This document shows, piece by piece, positions 10,744-20,267 of a stretch of DNA of 33,583 nucleotides. Below the pieces are notes generated by a model. That model saw only the letters and a program-made list of their open reading frames with translations. It was not told the origin of the DNA and did not search any database. Numbering within the stretch: position 1 is the first letter of the stretch; each line of letters opens with the position of its first letter. Made by a program: the position numbers and the translations under genes. This DNA is from Desulfosarcina sp. (lineage in GTDB: Bacteria > Desulfobacterota > Desulfobacteria > Desulfobacterales > Desulfosarcinaceae), in NCBI GenBank assembly GCA_030642405.1, contig DAOWNV010000001.1:1-33583 (forward strand), in the 5' to 3' direction.

Positions 10744-10790
10744 GCGGGTATTCACTGATTGCTGCAGTGGATATCCGTATTTTTATTTTT
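10744..10790 (+). terminator. intrinsic terminator after mce
   Basis: GCGGGTATTCACTG / CAGTGGATATCCGT stem followed by ATTTTTATTTTT. Confidence 0.65.
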
Positions 10791-10912
10791 ATTTGTAGGC
10801 TTCATACGCTATAGTTGTGAAAAAGAACCCATAGTCTTGGAAGAGATACACATGAACCGCTTTTTTGGAAGGTAAACACAACACTATTGTTGGAATTCAG
10901 GAGTGTGTAATT

Positions 10913-12916
10913 ATGGAAAAAAAATCCAAATCGCTATCATCCTCCCACCCCATGCTCTCCACATTGCCTCCAAATCGGGCCAGGAAAGGCAAGGTCGTTT
11001 CCGCCCAAGAGGCCATCAGGCTCATTAGGGACGGAGATACCGTGGCCACGGGAGGTTTTGTCGGCATTGGTTTTCCCGAACAAGTTGCAATTGAGCTGGA
11101 ATCACACTTTCTCGAAAACGGTCATCCTCGTGACCTTAACTTGATGTATGCAGCCGGCCAGGGAGATGGAAAGGATCGCGGACTCAACCACATGGGACAT
11201 TCAGGTCTGGTCAAAAGGGTGGTTGGAGGTCACTGGGGCCTGGTTCCCAAATTGCAAAAGCTGGTTTTCGAAAACCGGATCGAGGCGTACAACTTTCCTC
11301 AGGGCGTGATTTCCCACATGTATCGGGACATTGCCGCAAAAAAACCACGCACCATTACAACAGTCGGCTTGGGTACCTTTGTCGACCCGCTCAACGGCGG
11401 AGGAAAATTGAATGATATCACAACAGATGACCTGGTGGAACGGGTTCAATTCGATGGCTCCGATTACCTTGCTTATAAGACTTTCCCCATTCATGTGGCC
11501 ATTTTACGGGGAACAACGGCCGATACGGATGGCAACATCACCATGGAAAAGGAGGCGCTGACCCTGGAAACCCTGGCTATTGCCACGGCGGCCCGCAACT
11601 CCGGCGGTTTTGTTATTGTTCAAGTGGAGCGAATAGCTGATCGGGGAACTCTAAAGGCGAGAGATGTAAAGATTCCAGGAATCATGGTGGATTGCGTTGT
11701 GGTTTCCGAAGCCCAATACCACTGGCAGACCTTCGCCACCAAGTACAATCCCTCCTTTAGCAGTGAAATCAAAGTACCTGTTCAGTCTCTTCCTTCCATG
11801 GAGATGGGAGACAGAAAGATCATCGCCAGGCGGGCTGCCTTCGAACTGGTACCCAACAGTGTTGTGAACCTGGGGATTGGAATGCCCGAAGGGATTTCCA
11901 ATGTGGCCAATGAAGAAAAAATCATCGAATACTTGACCCTTACCGCAGAACCCGGTGTCATCGGCGGGTTGCCTGCCGGCGGCCTGGATTTTGGTGCGGC
12001 CGTCAACGCCGAAGCCCTGATAGACCAACCGTCCCAATTCGATTTTTATGATGGTGGGGGGTTGGATCTGGCTTTCCTCGGCCTGGCCCAAGCGGATGAA
12101 AGCGGCAACCTCAATGTGAGCAAATTTGGTCCCAAACTGGCTGGTGCTGGTGGTTTCATCAATATCAGCCAGAATGCCAAAAAAGTGGTATTTGTAGGTA
12201 CCTTCACCGCAGGCGGGCTGAAAATTTCCATAAACAATAAAAAATTGAGCATTGACCGGGAAGGCAGGGTAAAGAAGTTTGTCAGCCAGGTGGAGCATGT
12301 CACTTTCTCAGGCGAATATGCTGTTTCCAAAGGGCAGCCGGTACTTTACGTGACCGAACGATGTGTTTTCAAGCTGACACCGGAGGGTCTGGCGCTTGTT
12401 GAGATTGCGCCGGGAATCGATATCGAAAAGGATATTATCGGACAAATGGAGTTCACACCGATCATCAACGGAACCCCATCCCTGATGGACCAACGTCTTT
12501 TCAATCCCGAGCCCATGGGGCTAAAAGTGGACCTGTTCTCAGTATCTTTGAATAATCGCCTTGTTTACGATCGCCGTGAGAATAAATTTTTCGTTAACTT
12601 CGAGGGGTATTCCATTAGAACCAAGGAGGAAATCGAAGAGGTAAGAACCTCTGTCGGAAAAATCCTTAACCCCCTGGGCCATCGCGTTTACGCCGTGGTC
12701 AACTATGATAATTTCAGCATTGTGCCCGAACTGATCGGACCCTACACCGACATGGTAAAAGGGTTGGTGAACCGCTTTTATTCCGGAGTCACCCGCTATA
12801 CGACCAGTACTTTCTTGCGAATGAAAATCGGAGCCGCACTCAAGGAACGCAAGCTGGCGCCACATATCTATGAAACCAGGGAAGAGGCGGAAGCGGCACT
12901 GAAAGGCGATCGCTGA
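10913..12916 (+). CDS. family I acyl-CoA:acetate/propionate CoA-transferase (YdiF/Pct-like, fused alpha-beta) with a C-terminal extra domain
   Basis: [32 protein letters not shown], catalytic [16 protein letters not shown] and YVTER. ATG 10913 follows AGGAG. Confidence 0.9.
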   Translation: MEKKSKSLSSSHPMLSTLPPNRARKGKVVSAQEAIRLIRDGDTVATGGFVGIGFPEQVAIELESHFLENGHPRDLNLMYAAGQGDGKDRGLNHMGHSGLVKRVVGGHWGLVPKLQKLVFENRIEAYNFPQGVISHMYRDIAAKKPRTITTVGLGTFVDPLNGGGKLNDITTDDLVERVQFDGSDYLAYKTFPIHVAILRGTTADTDGNITMEKEALTLETLAIATAARNSGGFVIVQVERIADRGTLKARDVKIPGIMVDCVVVSEAQYHWQTFATKYNPSFSSEIKVPVQSLPSMEMGDRKIIARRAAFELVPNSVVNLGIGMPEGISNVANEEKIIEYLTLTAEPGVIGGLPAGGLDFGAAVNAEALIDQPSQFDFYDGGGLDLAFLGLAQADESGNLNVSKFGPKLAGAGGFINISQNAKKVVFVGTFTAGGLKISINNKKLSIDREGRVKKFVSQVEHVTFSGEYAVSKGQPVLYVTERCVFKLTPEGLALVEIAPGIDIEKDIIGQMEFTPIINGTPSLMDQRLFNPEPMGLKVDLFSVSLNNRLVYDRRENKFFVNFEGYSIRTKEEIEEVRTSVGKILNPLGHRVYAVVNYDNFSIVPELIGPYTDMVKGLVNRFYSGVTRYTTSTFLRMKIGAALKERKLAPHIYETREEAEAALKGDR

Positions 12917-13497
12917 TGCCGAAAGCCATTCGATGCGGATGGGTAACCGACGATCCCGACTATCTTGCCTACCACGACAACGAGTGGGGGGTGCCCGTCC
13001 ATGACGACCGAAAGCTCTTTGAATTTTTAATCCTTGAAGGTGCGCAGGCGGGGTTATCCTGGCTGACGATACTAAAACGTCGGCAAGGTTATCGCAAAGC
13101 CTTTTCCGATTTCGATCCTAAAAAAGTCGCCCGATACAGCGATAAGAAAATTGAAAAATTGCTTCAGGACAAAAGGATCATACGCAACCGGCTTAAAATC
13201 AATTCAGCCGTGAAAAATGCCCGGGCTTTTTTGAAAATACAAGAGGAATTTGGCAGCTTCGATGCCTACTCATGGCGTTTTGTGGGCGGACGGCAGCAGG
13301 TCAACGCATTCAAGGACCTTGAAGAAGTCCCCGCTAACTCACCAATTTCGGATTCATTTTCCAAGGATCTTAAACAGCGCGGCTTCTCCTTTGTTGGCTC
13401 AACGATCATGTACGCCCACATGCAGGCGGTAGGCATGATCAACGATCACCTGGTTTCCTGCTTTCGCTATCAGGAAGTGATCAATGATCCGAGGTAG
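12916..13497 (+). CDS. tag: DNA-3-methyladenine glycosylase I
   Basis: RCGW, YHDNEWG, LEGAQAGLSW, IIRNRLKI, FVGSTI and NDHLVSC. TGATG overlap with the upstream gene. Confidence 0.95.
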   Translation: MPKAIRCGWVTDDPDYLAYHDNEWGVPVHDDRKLFEFLILEGAQAGLSWLTILKRRQGYRKAFSDFDPKKVARYSDKKIEKLLQDKRIIRNRLKINSAVKNARAFLKIQEEFGSFDAYSWRFVGGRQQVNAFKDLEEVPANSPISDSFSKDLKQRGFSFVGSTIMYAHMQAVGMINDHLVSCFRYQEVINDPR

Positions 13498-13677
13498 TCT
13501 TTGTTCAACTCGCCATAAGCAACGGTTATGACCAGCTCATAGAAATCATCTTAAAGGGCGACAAACTCATTACCGATTAAAGTTATGGCGCTTTTGTAAT
13601 TGTGTCAGAACCAATGTTTCCGAACAAGTCGCAAAACGGTAATTTCGGACGGTGCACCAATTCTCAAACCTTGGGGT

Positions 13678-13944
13678 TTACATTCCCAGCAGCAAGGTCA
13701 TCAGTACTGCGAACAAAACGCCCCCTGCCATCACAAAGCAGTCCCAAGCCGCCTTTATACAACATTTAAGATAGTCATCTTTCCAGGATCGGAGTGAAAA
13801 AATGTTGTACAGCCGAAAACGAAAACCGATGATGATGTTTTCAAATAGCGAACAAAAGGCTTGCTTATCCTTTCCGGTGCTAATTGGTATAGGGCTCACT
13901 CTCGGTGGATTATAACCATATATGATTTGCTCTGTTGTATTCAT
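13678..13944 (-). CDS. small hypothetical protein with a C-terminal transmembrane helix
   Basis: Starts 6 bp after the repressor stop, with a GAGGT RBS. Hydrophobic C-terminus FVMAGGVLFAVLMTLLLGM. No family recognised. Confidence 0.55.
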   Translation of the reverse strand: MNTTEQIIYGYNPPRVSPIPISTGKDKQAFCSLFENIIIGFRFRLYNIFSLRSWKDDYLKCCIKAAWDCFVMAGGVLFAVLMTLLLGM

Positions 13945-13950
13945 TGTTTT

Positions 13951-14601
13951 TTACCTCAATTCTCTGCAAATCCATAGTACCTTTCCAATAATGCGGACAC
14001 GGTCCATCTCATCATTGGATAAGAAAATCGGCACATAATTCTTGTTGTCGCTCAACAAGACAAGTTTACGCGGATGCTTTTCGATCCGTTTTACCATAAT
14101 GGTGTCTTCGACCCCCACAGCGTAAACCGTACCGGCATATATATCGGTTTGGGACTGGTCGATCAGAACCGTATCCCCGTCTTTAATCTCCGGATACATA
14201 CTGTTGCCGAATACATCCATCAGTACCATTCGTTCTTTGACCCCTTTGCTCTGCAGCCACTTCTTTTGGAATGAATGGCTCTCTTCAAGCTGATCCCCGA
14301 CTTCAAAAGATCCCGCCCCCGCGCACAACCGTGCTTGAACCTTCGGAACTTGGAAAAGATCGCTTTCGAAAGTTTCGCCATATTTCAACCATTGAGGGCC
14401 ATCGCCACCTTCCAGCCAATCGGGATTCAACCCATGGCTGCGGAACAGTTCAAGCAGCCAGTTGGCAGGCACAGAGTCTTTTTTACGGGCCTGGGTGATG
14501 GAGGAACGATTGACATTTAGGGTGTTAGCCAGGTCGGAAAGGCTTGAAATATTCAGGGCGCTGGAAGCACGATTAAAGAATTTATCGAATTTTTTAGTCA
14601 T
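13951..14601 (-). CDS. CI/LexA-like transcriptional repressor (HTH plus S24 autopeptidase)
   Basis: N-terminal HTH (SDLANTLNVNRSSIT...NPDWLEGG), Ala-Gly cleavage site LCAGAG, catalytic Ser in GNSMYP and Lys in VKRI. Confidence 0.9.
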   Translation of the reverse strand: MTKKFDKFFNRASSALNISSLSDLANTLNVNRSSITQARKKDSVPANWLLELFRSHGLNPDWLEGGDGPQWLKYGETFESDLFQVPKVQARLCAGAGSFEVGDQLEESHSFQKKWLQSKGVKERMVLMDVFGNSMYPEIKDGDTVLIDQSQTDIYAGTVYAVGVEDTIMVKRIEKHPRKLVLLSDNKNYVPIFLSNDEMDRVRIIGKVLWICRELR

Positions 14602-14629
14602 ATCTGTTGCTCAAACACGCTATTTATTT

Positions 14630-14652
14630 GTTGTATGTTTGTTTAATACAAC
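14630..14652. promoter_or_regulatory. candidate autoregulatory operator of the repressor
   Basis: Palindrome GTTGTAT-N9-ATACAAC, 30-50 bp upstream of the start. Related half-sites TGTTGC (14605) and GCAACA (14669) flank it. Confidence 0.45.
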
Positions 14653-14704
14653 GATCAGTTAAGATAATGCAACAAAAAAGTGAGAAAAATATAATAATGG
14701 GTTC

Positions 14705-14788
14705 CAGCGCAATGCAATGGGTTATAACGATGCAGCAGCAGCTCTCGGCAATAATCAGCTGGACGCATTCCGGCTTTTTCCGCCTTTA
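14705..14788 (+). pseudogene. short remnant resembling a TAXI-family TRAP solute-binding protein
   Basis: Translates as QRNAMGYNDAAAALGNNQLDAFRLF, matching my recollection of the TAXI 'GYxDAAxAxGNxQLDAFW' segment. GC-richer than its AT-rich flanks, with no full-length ORF. Confidence 0.5.
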
Positions 14789-14846
14789 AATTTTCCAAAT
14801 TTTTATACCTTGGACCATTTTTGTTCGGGTATGTACCGGGGTTTTA

Positions 14847-15902
14847 TTATGGTAAAATCACCCAGCGGTCATTCACTTTTAACCCAAATATGGGCAAATC
14901 GGCATCCTGAACCAGGTTGACGGTATGTAAACCGAAAGTGCGTTTCAATTTATCAATATTTTGTTTTTTTTGGCCTTGAACGCGTGAAACAAGGTTTGGA
15001 TGCGAAGTAATGGTAAGCAAGCGGGGTTGATGATCCATTTTTTTGAAAACCGTCTTCATGGCATCGAAAACAATTTCACTATGGACCAGATGGCCGAAGG
15101 CCGGATGGTAGGGGCCTGCAATAAGTTCACCCGATGGAATCAACTCCTCCGAAACCTGCAGGCCCATGCGAATAACCGGAATATGATGCGTTTTGAAATA
15201 GAGGAAGAGACGCTTAACCAGTGTTATACAAGTTGCCATGGGCATGGGATTGTATCTGCCGGCATTGAATTGATCGGCTAGTTTGCTGCCTTTCAGAACC
15301 ACCGTTGGATAAATCCTGACAAAATCGGGTTTCAGCAATTCGATCCGGGAGGCTGTTTCCATGGCCCCCTCGTCATCGTCTGAGGGCAACCCCACCATCA
15401 TCTGCAATCCTACCTCGTAGCCCCTTGATTTCAGCAATTTAGTCGCTCGGATCGTATCCTTTGCCAGGTGTCCTCTTCGGGCCGCTTTGAGAACTCCGTC
15501 GTTCATGGACTGGACCCCCAATTCCACTGTCGAAACCGGATAGGCCGATAAAAGGTCCAACTTTTGGTGATCAATCGTATCCGGCCTCGTCGAAAAACGG
15601 ATGCTATCCACATCCCCTTTTATTACGAAGGGTCGGACGGATTTCAGCAAAAATAAAATGGTTGAAATGGGAAGTCCCAAAAAGTTACCGCCAAAAAAAG
15701 AGATCTGGGTGGTAGATGATGGCCTTCTCCCGAATCCTAAATATCGATTCACCTCTCGATGGATCCGTTCAGTAGACAAGATGCCCGAAGGTTGTCCGGA
15801 TATTGCTTTCTGGTTACAAAAAATGCAACGATGGGGGCATCCCATGTGGGGAATAAATAGAGGGATAATTAGAGGTCGGGACAGGGTTTCCGCGTTTTCC
15901 AT
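14847..15902 (-). CDS. radical SAM protein (Elp3/YhcC-like family)
   Basis: FIPHMGCPHRCIFCNQ (CxxxCxxC), FFGGNF, STRPD, ELGVQS, RIYP and GPYHPAFG. Likely start is ATG 15902; the longer ORF overlaps rnc. Confidence 0.88.
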   Translation of the reverse strand: MENAETLSRPLIIPLFIPHMGCPHRCIFCNQKAISGQPSGILSTERIHREVNRYLGFGRRPSSTTQISFFGGNFLGLPISTILFLLKSVRPFVIKGDVDSIRFSTRPDTIDHQKLDLLSAYPVSTVELGVQSMNDGVLKAARRGHLAKDTIRATKLLKSRGYEVGLQMMVGLPSDDDEGAMETASRIELLKPDFVRIYPTVVLKGSKLADQFNAGRYNPMPMATCITLVKRLFLYFKTHHIPVIRMGLQVSEELIPSGELIAGPYHPAFGHLVHSEIVFDAMKTVFKKMDHQPRLLTITSHPNLVSRVQGQKKQNIDKLKRTFGLHTVNLVQDADLPIFGLKVNDRWVILP

Positions 15903-15951
15903 AGATTGGTGCTGAATATACAGCGTTGAATGATTTTCAAAGCTATTATCT

Positions 15952-16674
15952 TTATTCCGTCGAATCCAGCAGTTCAAGTACAGCCTTGGCAGCCGCCTGC
16001 TGCGCCAATTTCTTGCTCTTTCCTTCTCCTTCCGCGATAATTTTCGCAATGGTCACTCGCACCCGGAAGGTTTTGTCATGATCCGGACCAATCTCATCAA
16101 CAACCCGGTATAGGGGTACTTCATGGTAAGCAGACTGAACACGCTCTTGCAGTTTGCTTTTGTAATCGGTTTCAAAGCGGGCTCGCGTTACACAACACAG
16201 CCGCTCATTAAAATGCTTTTCGACAAACGCAAAAGCGGCATCAAATCCGCCGTCGAGATAAATGGCCGCAATAACCGCTTCAGTTGTATCGGCCAGTATG
16301 GAGTTTTTCTCCCTGCCGTCGGTCAGTGCCTCTCCTTTGCCCAACAGAAGGAAGGGGCCGATGCCGATTTCTCTTGCAATCGTAGCGAGTTTGTTTTCAT
16401 TGACCAGATGCGCCCGATTCCTGGACAGGTCACCTTCTGCCAGATCCGGATATCGCTCCATTAAAAGGTGGCTGATGGTCAGATTCAGTACGGCATCCCC
16501 TAAAAACTCCAGCCGTTCATTGTTGTCCAACACGGCACCAGGCAATTCATTGACGTAGGAACTATGACGAAGAGCTGCCGTTAACTGCTCGGTATCCTTG
16601 AAATGGTAACCAAGGGCCTGTTCCAGGGCTTTTGAAGAATACCTATCGGGTGTCGACCCATCCATTGTTATCAA
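15952..16674 (-). CDS. rnc: ribonuclease III
   Basis: ALRHSS, signature NERLEFLGDAVL, EAVIAAIYLDGG and a dsRBD (DYKSKLQE...GKSKKLAQQAAA). The start may instead be ATG 16665. Confidence 0.96.
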   Translation of the reverse strand: MITMDGSTPDRYSSKALEQALGYHFKDTEQLTAALRHSSYVNELPGAVLDNNERLEFLGDAVLNLTISHLLMERYPDLAEGDLSRNRAHLVNENKLATIAREIGIGPFLLLGKGEALTDGREKNSILADTTEAVIAAIYLDGGFDAAFAFVEKHFNERLCCVTRARFETDYKSKLQERVQSAYHEVPLYRVVDEIGPDHDKTFRVRVTIAKIIAEGEGKSKKLAQQAAAKAVLELLDSTE

Positions 16675-17558
16675 TCCATGACCTTCATCAAGGCTTCATA
16701 GTGCTTATAGGGCACATAAAAACCTCCGTCCCCAACCCCCATCCGGATGTGCGGTGTAACATCACCATGAAAGTCCGTACCGCCTGTGATTAACAGATTG
16801 TGCCGGTAGGCCAGGTCACAATACCCGGCTGTGGTCTTAAGGCTGTGGTCCGGATAGATGGCCTCGATTCCCTTTAAACCCATGGATATCAAAGTCAAAA
16901 GAAACTGTTCGAATAGTTCCGGATCGTTCAGGCCGTAAAGAAACGGATGGGCCAGCACGGCGACGCCACCTGCATCTTCAATCGCTTCAATGGCCTCAAC
17001 CACAGGAATGCGGTATTTTTCGACATAGGCAGGTTTGCTTTTCCCCAAAAACCGATCAAAAGCCTCGTCGACGGAAGCAACGAACCCCTTTTTCATCATT
17101 AACAGTGCGATATGGGGTCGGCCGGCGATACCGTCTCCGACGATTTCGGCCAACTCTGATCCATTCAGGTTGATTCCCAATTCACTGAGTTTTTTGATAA
17201 TTTTCGGGGTTCGGTTGTCTCTGGAACGCTTCAGAACCTGAATAAGAAGATTCAGTTTCGAATTGTTGTAATCGATTCCATACCCTAAGATATGCACACT
17301 GCCTTTCACCCGAAACCCATCGGGTGCTTGGGCACTGATTTCAATTCCGGATAAAAACTGTAATCCTGATGGGACGCCACCGGAAATGGCGGCAATAGAA
17401 CCGGTTAGGGTGTCGTGGTCGGTTATCGCAACGGCCTTCAGGCCGATCCGGATCGCCTCTGCCAGAATCTCGGCCGGGGTCAGGCTGCCGTCGGAGGCCG
17501 TCGAGTGGAGATGTAAGTCTATACCGGTACCCGGGTCAGATACCAAGGGCTTTTTCAA
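16671..17558 (-). CDS. PHP-domain phosphoesterase (TrpH/YciV-like)
   Basis: DLHLHSTASDG, AITDHD, GIEIS, HILGY, GRPH, LAHP and GGTDFHG. Confidence 0.9.
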   Translation of the reverse strand: MKKPLVSDPGTGIDLHLHSTASDGSLTPAEILAEAIRIGLKAVAITDHDTLTGSIAAISGGVPSGLQFLSGIEISAQAPDGFRVKGSVHILGYGIDYNNSKLNLLIQVLKRSRDNRTPKIIKKLSELGINLNGSELAEIVGDGIAGRPHIALLMMKKGFVASVDEAFDRFLGKSKPAYVEKYRIPVVEAIEAIEDAGGVAVLAHPFLYGLNDPELFEQFLLTLISMGLKGIEAIYPDHSLKTTAGYCDLAYRHNLLITGGTDFHGDVTPHIRMGVGDGGFYVPYKHYEALMKVMD

Positions 17559-17898
17559 AAGCCTCCTCTTTGGTCTTGCAGTCGATGCACTGTGTGGTTA
17601 CCGGCCTTGCCTTGAGACGCTCAACGGAAATGTCTTCACCGCATTTTTCACAAATACCGAAAGTATCGTTTTCCATGCGGTCCAACGCTTTTTTGACTTT
17701 TTTTATCAGTTTGTACTCACGGTCTCGGATTCGCAGCATGAAGTTCCGATCCGATTCAAGCGTCGCTCGATCCGTAGGATCAGGGAAATTTTCTTTTTGT
17801 TCCGTCATCCCTGAAACGGTGTCACCGGCATGGTTCAAAAGTTCTTCCAGCCGTCTATGAAGAAGCTCTTTAAAAAATTCTATTTCTTTTTTATCCAT
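17536..17898 (-). CDS. dksA: RNA polymerase-binding transcription factor DksA
   Basis: Coiled-coil tip DPTDRA and C4 zinc finger CEKC...CIDC with RLKARP. Start is ATG 17898 or 17901 after AGGA. Confidence 0.93.
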   Translation of the reverse strand: MDKKEIEFFKELLHRRLEELLNHAGDTVSGMTEQKENFPDPTDRATLESDRNFMLRIRDREYKLIKKVKKALDRMENDTFGICEKCGEDISVERLKARPVTTQCIDCKTKEEAFEKALGI

Positions 17899-17983
17899 CA
17901 TTCGATCCTGAAATATATTTTTTGTCAATTATAACGAAAAGCGGAAGGTAACACAAGGCATTAAAGATGTAAAGTAATAATTA

Positions 17984-18919
17984 TTAACTTTTGGAAACAA
18001 AGGTTTCCAGTGTTTTCATGTTGTTAACGTTAAAAACAACATGATCATAATCTTTGGGAAGGATCTTTTTCAGCAGGCCTGCCAGCACCTTGCCTGATCC
18101 CACTTCCACAAAAACATTCACCTGCTCGGCCATCAACCTACGAACGGTATCAAACCATTTTACCGGGCTGCACAATTGCAGCGCCATGAGGTGACGAATC
18201 TCTTCACAATCTTCGCAATGGTCTGCCGTAACATTATGAATCACCTTGTTTTCAGGCGCCCCAAACGGAAATGCTCTTAAAAAAGACTCGAACTCCTTTT
18301 CGGCACCCTTAATCAGGTCACTGTGCCAGGCACCGCTTACTTTTAGCGGGATGGCTCTAGCACCCTTTGTTTTAACTGTTTCCGAGACGGCCGCCACCGT
18401 GTCCGTAGATCCGGTTATGACAATCTGCTGTTCTGAATTATGATTGGCAACGGACACAATCCCCTTTTTCCGACCTTCGTCCACCAAGGCCGCCACCCCC
18501 GCAATGTTCAGGCCCACAATGGCGCTCATAGCACCTTTGTGTTTCATCGATTCCCGGTGCATCAGTTCTCCCCGTTTGAAAACCAGACGAAGCGTGTCCG
18601 CCATGGAGAGCACTTTGGCCGAAGTCAACGCACTGTATTCACCCAAGCTGTGACCAGCGGAAAAGGTGCAGGAAACACCCGCGTGATTAATTGCGGCCAG
18701 ACAGGCCAGGTTTACCGCTATTACAGCCGGTTGCAGGTTGACGGTTTCCGTTAAGGTCTCCATGGGACCTTTAAAGCAAAGTCGTGAAATATGAGCACCG
18801 GCGATATCGTCGGCAGCATCGAAGATTTCCCTGACAAAATCATATTCCTGGTATAGTTCCTGGCCCATTCCCACTGTTTGTGAACCCTGACCCGGGAATA
18901 AAAAAGCAATTTTTTTCAA
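17984..18919 (-). CDS. fabD: malonyl-CoA:ACP transacylase
   Basis: FPGQGSQ, GHSLGEY, RGELM, VSGAWHS and EVGSGKVL. GGAGG RBS with TTG start. Confidence 0.95.
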   Translation of the reverse strand: MKKIAFLFPGQGSQTVGMGQELYQEYDFVREIFDAADDIAGAHISRLCFKGPMETLTETVNLQPAVIAVNLACLAAINHAGVSCTFSAGHSLGEYSALTSAKVLSMADTLRLVFKRGELMHRESMKHKGAMSAIVGLNIAGVAALVDEGRKKGIVSVANHNSEQQIVITGSTDTVAAVSETVKTKGARAIPLKVSGAWHSDLIKGAEKEFESFLRAFPFGAPENKVIHNVTADHCEDCEEIRHLMALQLCSPVKWFDTVRRLMAEQVNVFVEVGSGKVLAGLLKKILPKDYDHVVFNVNNMKTLETFVSKS

Positions 18920-18987
18920 TTCACGACCTCCGTCTCTTGTTTAATATCGATCCTTGAGGACTGGGTATTTAATAAAATTCACAATCC

Positions 18988-20253
18988 TTAGTCTAACTTG
19001 AAAAGTCTACGCGTCAGATCCAGGTATTCGGATTTATTTCCGTAACAACCATTATTTTTCAAAAATGCCGTTGGTTCGTGGAGAATTTTGTTCACCAGAG
19101 CACCGGTCATTCGTTGAATGGCCTTCTTGTCATTTTCAGAAAGATGGTCGAGGGCTGATAGTGTTCTATTCAATTCCTGCCTGGCGATGGCTTCCACTTT
19201 TCCACGCAAAGAGACAATAGTGGGCACAACTTCAAGGGTATCGTACCATCTACGATAACCGATAACCGCTTCATCGATAATTCGCTGGGCCTTGACAGCC
19301 TCCCGGTTGCGGTCCTCCATATTTTCATCCACAATACCTTTCAAGTCGTCAATATCGTAGACATAGGCGTTATTGATCCGGTTGATGGCCGGATCAATGT
19401 CTCTGGGAACAGCGATATCGATGAAAAAAAGCCTCCGGTTGCGGCGGGCTTTCATGGCTTCTTTGATCTGGTTTTTCTTAAGCACATATTCGGTTGAACC
19501 GGTGGAACTGATAACGATGTCCACCTCCTTTACGGCATCTATAATCTCTTCAAATCGAATGGCCTTTCCGGAAAAACGTTCCGCCAGCTCAAGGCCGCGT
19601 GCAAAGGTTCGATTGGCTACGGTAATCAATCCAGCCCGGTTGCGGAGCAGATGCTCAACGGCCAATTCAGCCATCTCTCCTGCACCGATGAGAAGGATTT
19701 TCTTCCCTTCCAAATCGCCGAATATCTTCTTGCCCAGCTCGATGGCGGCATAGCTGATGCTTACCGCATGGTCACCGATACCGGTTTCGGTTCGCACTTT
19801 CTTTGCCACGAAAAAGGTACGATGGAGAAGTTTGTTCAAGATAACACCGGAGGTTTTCTCCATGGTCGCTTTGCGGTAGGCCTCCTTCATCTGTCCGAGA
19901 ATCTGGGGCTCTCCCACAACCATGGAATCCAGGCTGGAAGCAACCTGAAAAGTATGTCGCACGGCCTCATCACCGGAGTATTGATAAAGCGAGTTTTCAA
20001 ATTGAGAAAGGGGTACCTTTTTGAATTGGGAAAAGAAATGTTTGGCCGCAGCAATTCCTACCTCTTGGCTATCGACGGCCATGAGCAGTTCAATTCGGTT
20101 GCAAGTGGAGAAAAGAACAGATTCCCCAACGGAAGGATGGTCCCGAAGAATCACCAGTGCTTGATCGGTTTCATCCGCCGTAAAGGCTATACACTCCCGT
20201 ATGTCAACGGAAGCAGTTTTGTGATTCATTCCAAGGAGTATTATATCGCGCAT
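18988..20253 (-). CDS. hemA: glutamyl-tRNA reductase
   Basis: NHKTA, STCNRIE, SLDSMVVGEPQILGQ, GAGEM and DIAVPRD. Confidence 0.96.
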   Translation of the reverse strand: MRDIILLGMNHKTASVDIRECIAFTADETDQALVILRDHPSVGESVLFSTCNRIELLMAVDSQEVGIAAAKHFFSQFKKVPLSQFENSLYQYSGDEAVRHTFQVASSLDSMVVGEPQILGQMKEAYRKATMEKTSGVILNKLLHRTFFVAKKVRTETGIGDHAVSISYAAIELGKKIFGDLEGKKILLIGAGEMAELAVEHLLRNRAGLITVANRTFARGLELAERFSGKAIRFEEIIDAVKEVDIVISSTGSTEYVLKKNQIKEAMKARRNRRLFFIDIAVPRDIDPAINRINNAYVYDIDDLKGIVDENMEDRNREAVKAQRIIDEAVIGYRRWYDTLEVVPTIVSLRGKVEAIARQELNRTLSALDHLSENDKKAIQRMTGALVNKILHEPTAFLKNNGCYGNKSEYLDLTRRLFKLD

Positions 20254-20267
20254 AGTATGATTATTAC

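Noticed and set aside
13511-13590. 8-bp inverted repeat CGCCATAA...TTATGGCG as a MITE or ncRNA
   Set aside because: Short and single-copy in the window with no target duplication; it could be chance or a terminator-region structure.
13498-14846. Prophage or mobile element around the CI-like gene
   Set aside because: No integrase, cro, structural genes, tRNA or att-like repeats were seen.
15903-16049. 49-aa N-terminal extension of the radical SAM ORF
   Set aside because: It overlaps the 3' end of rnc, and family similarity begins just after ATG 15902.
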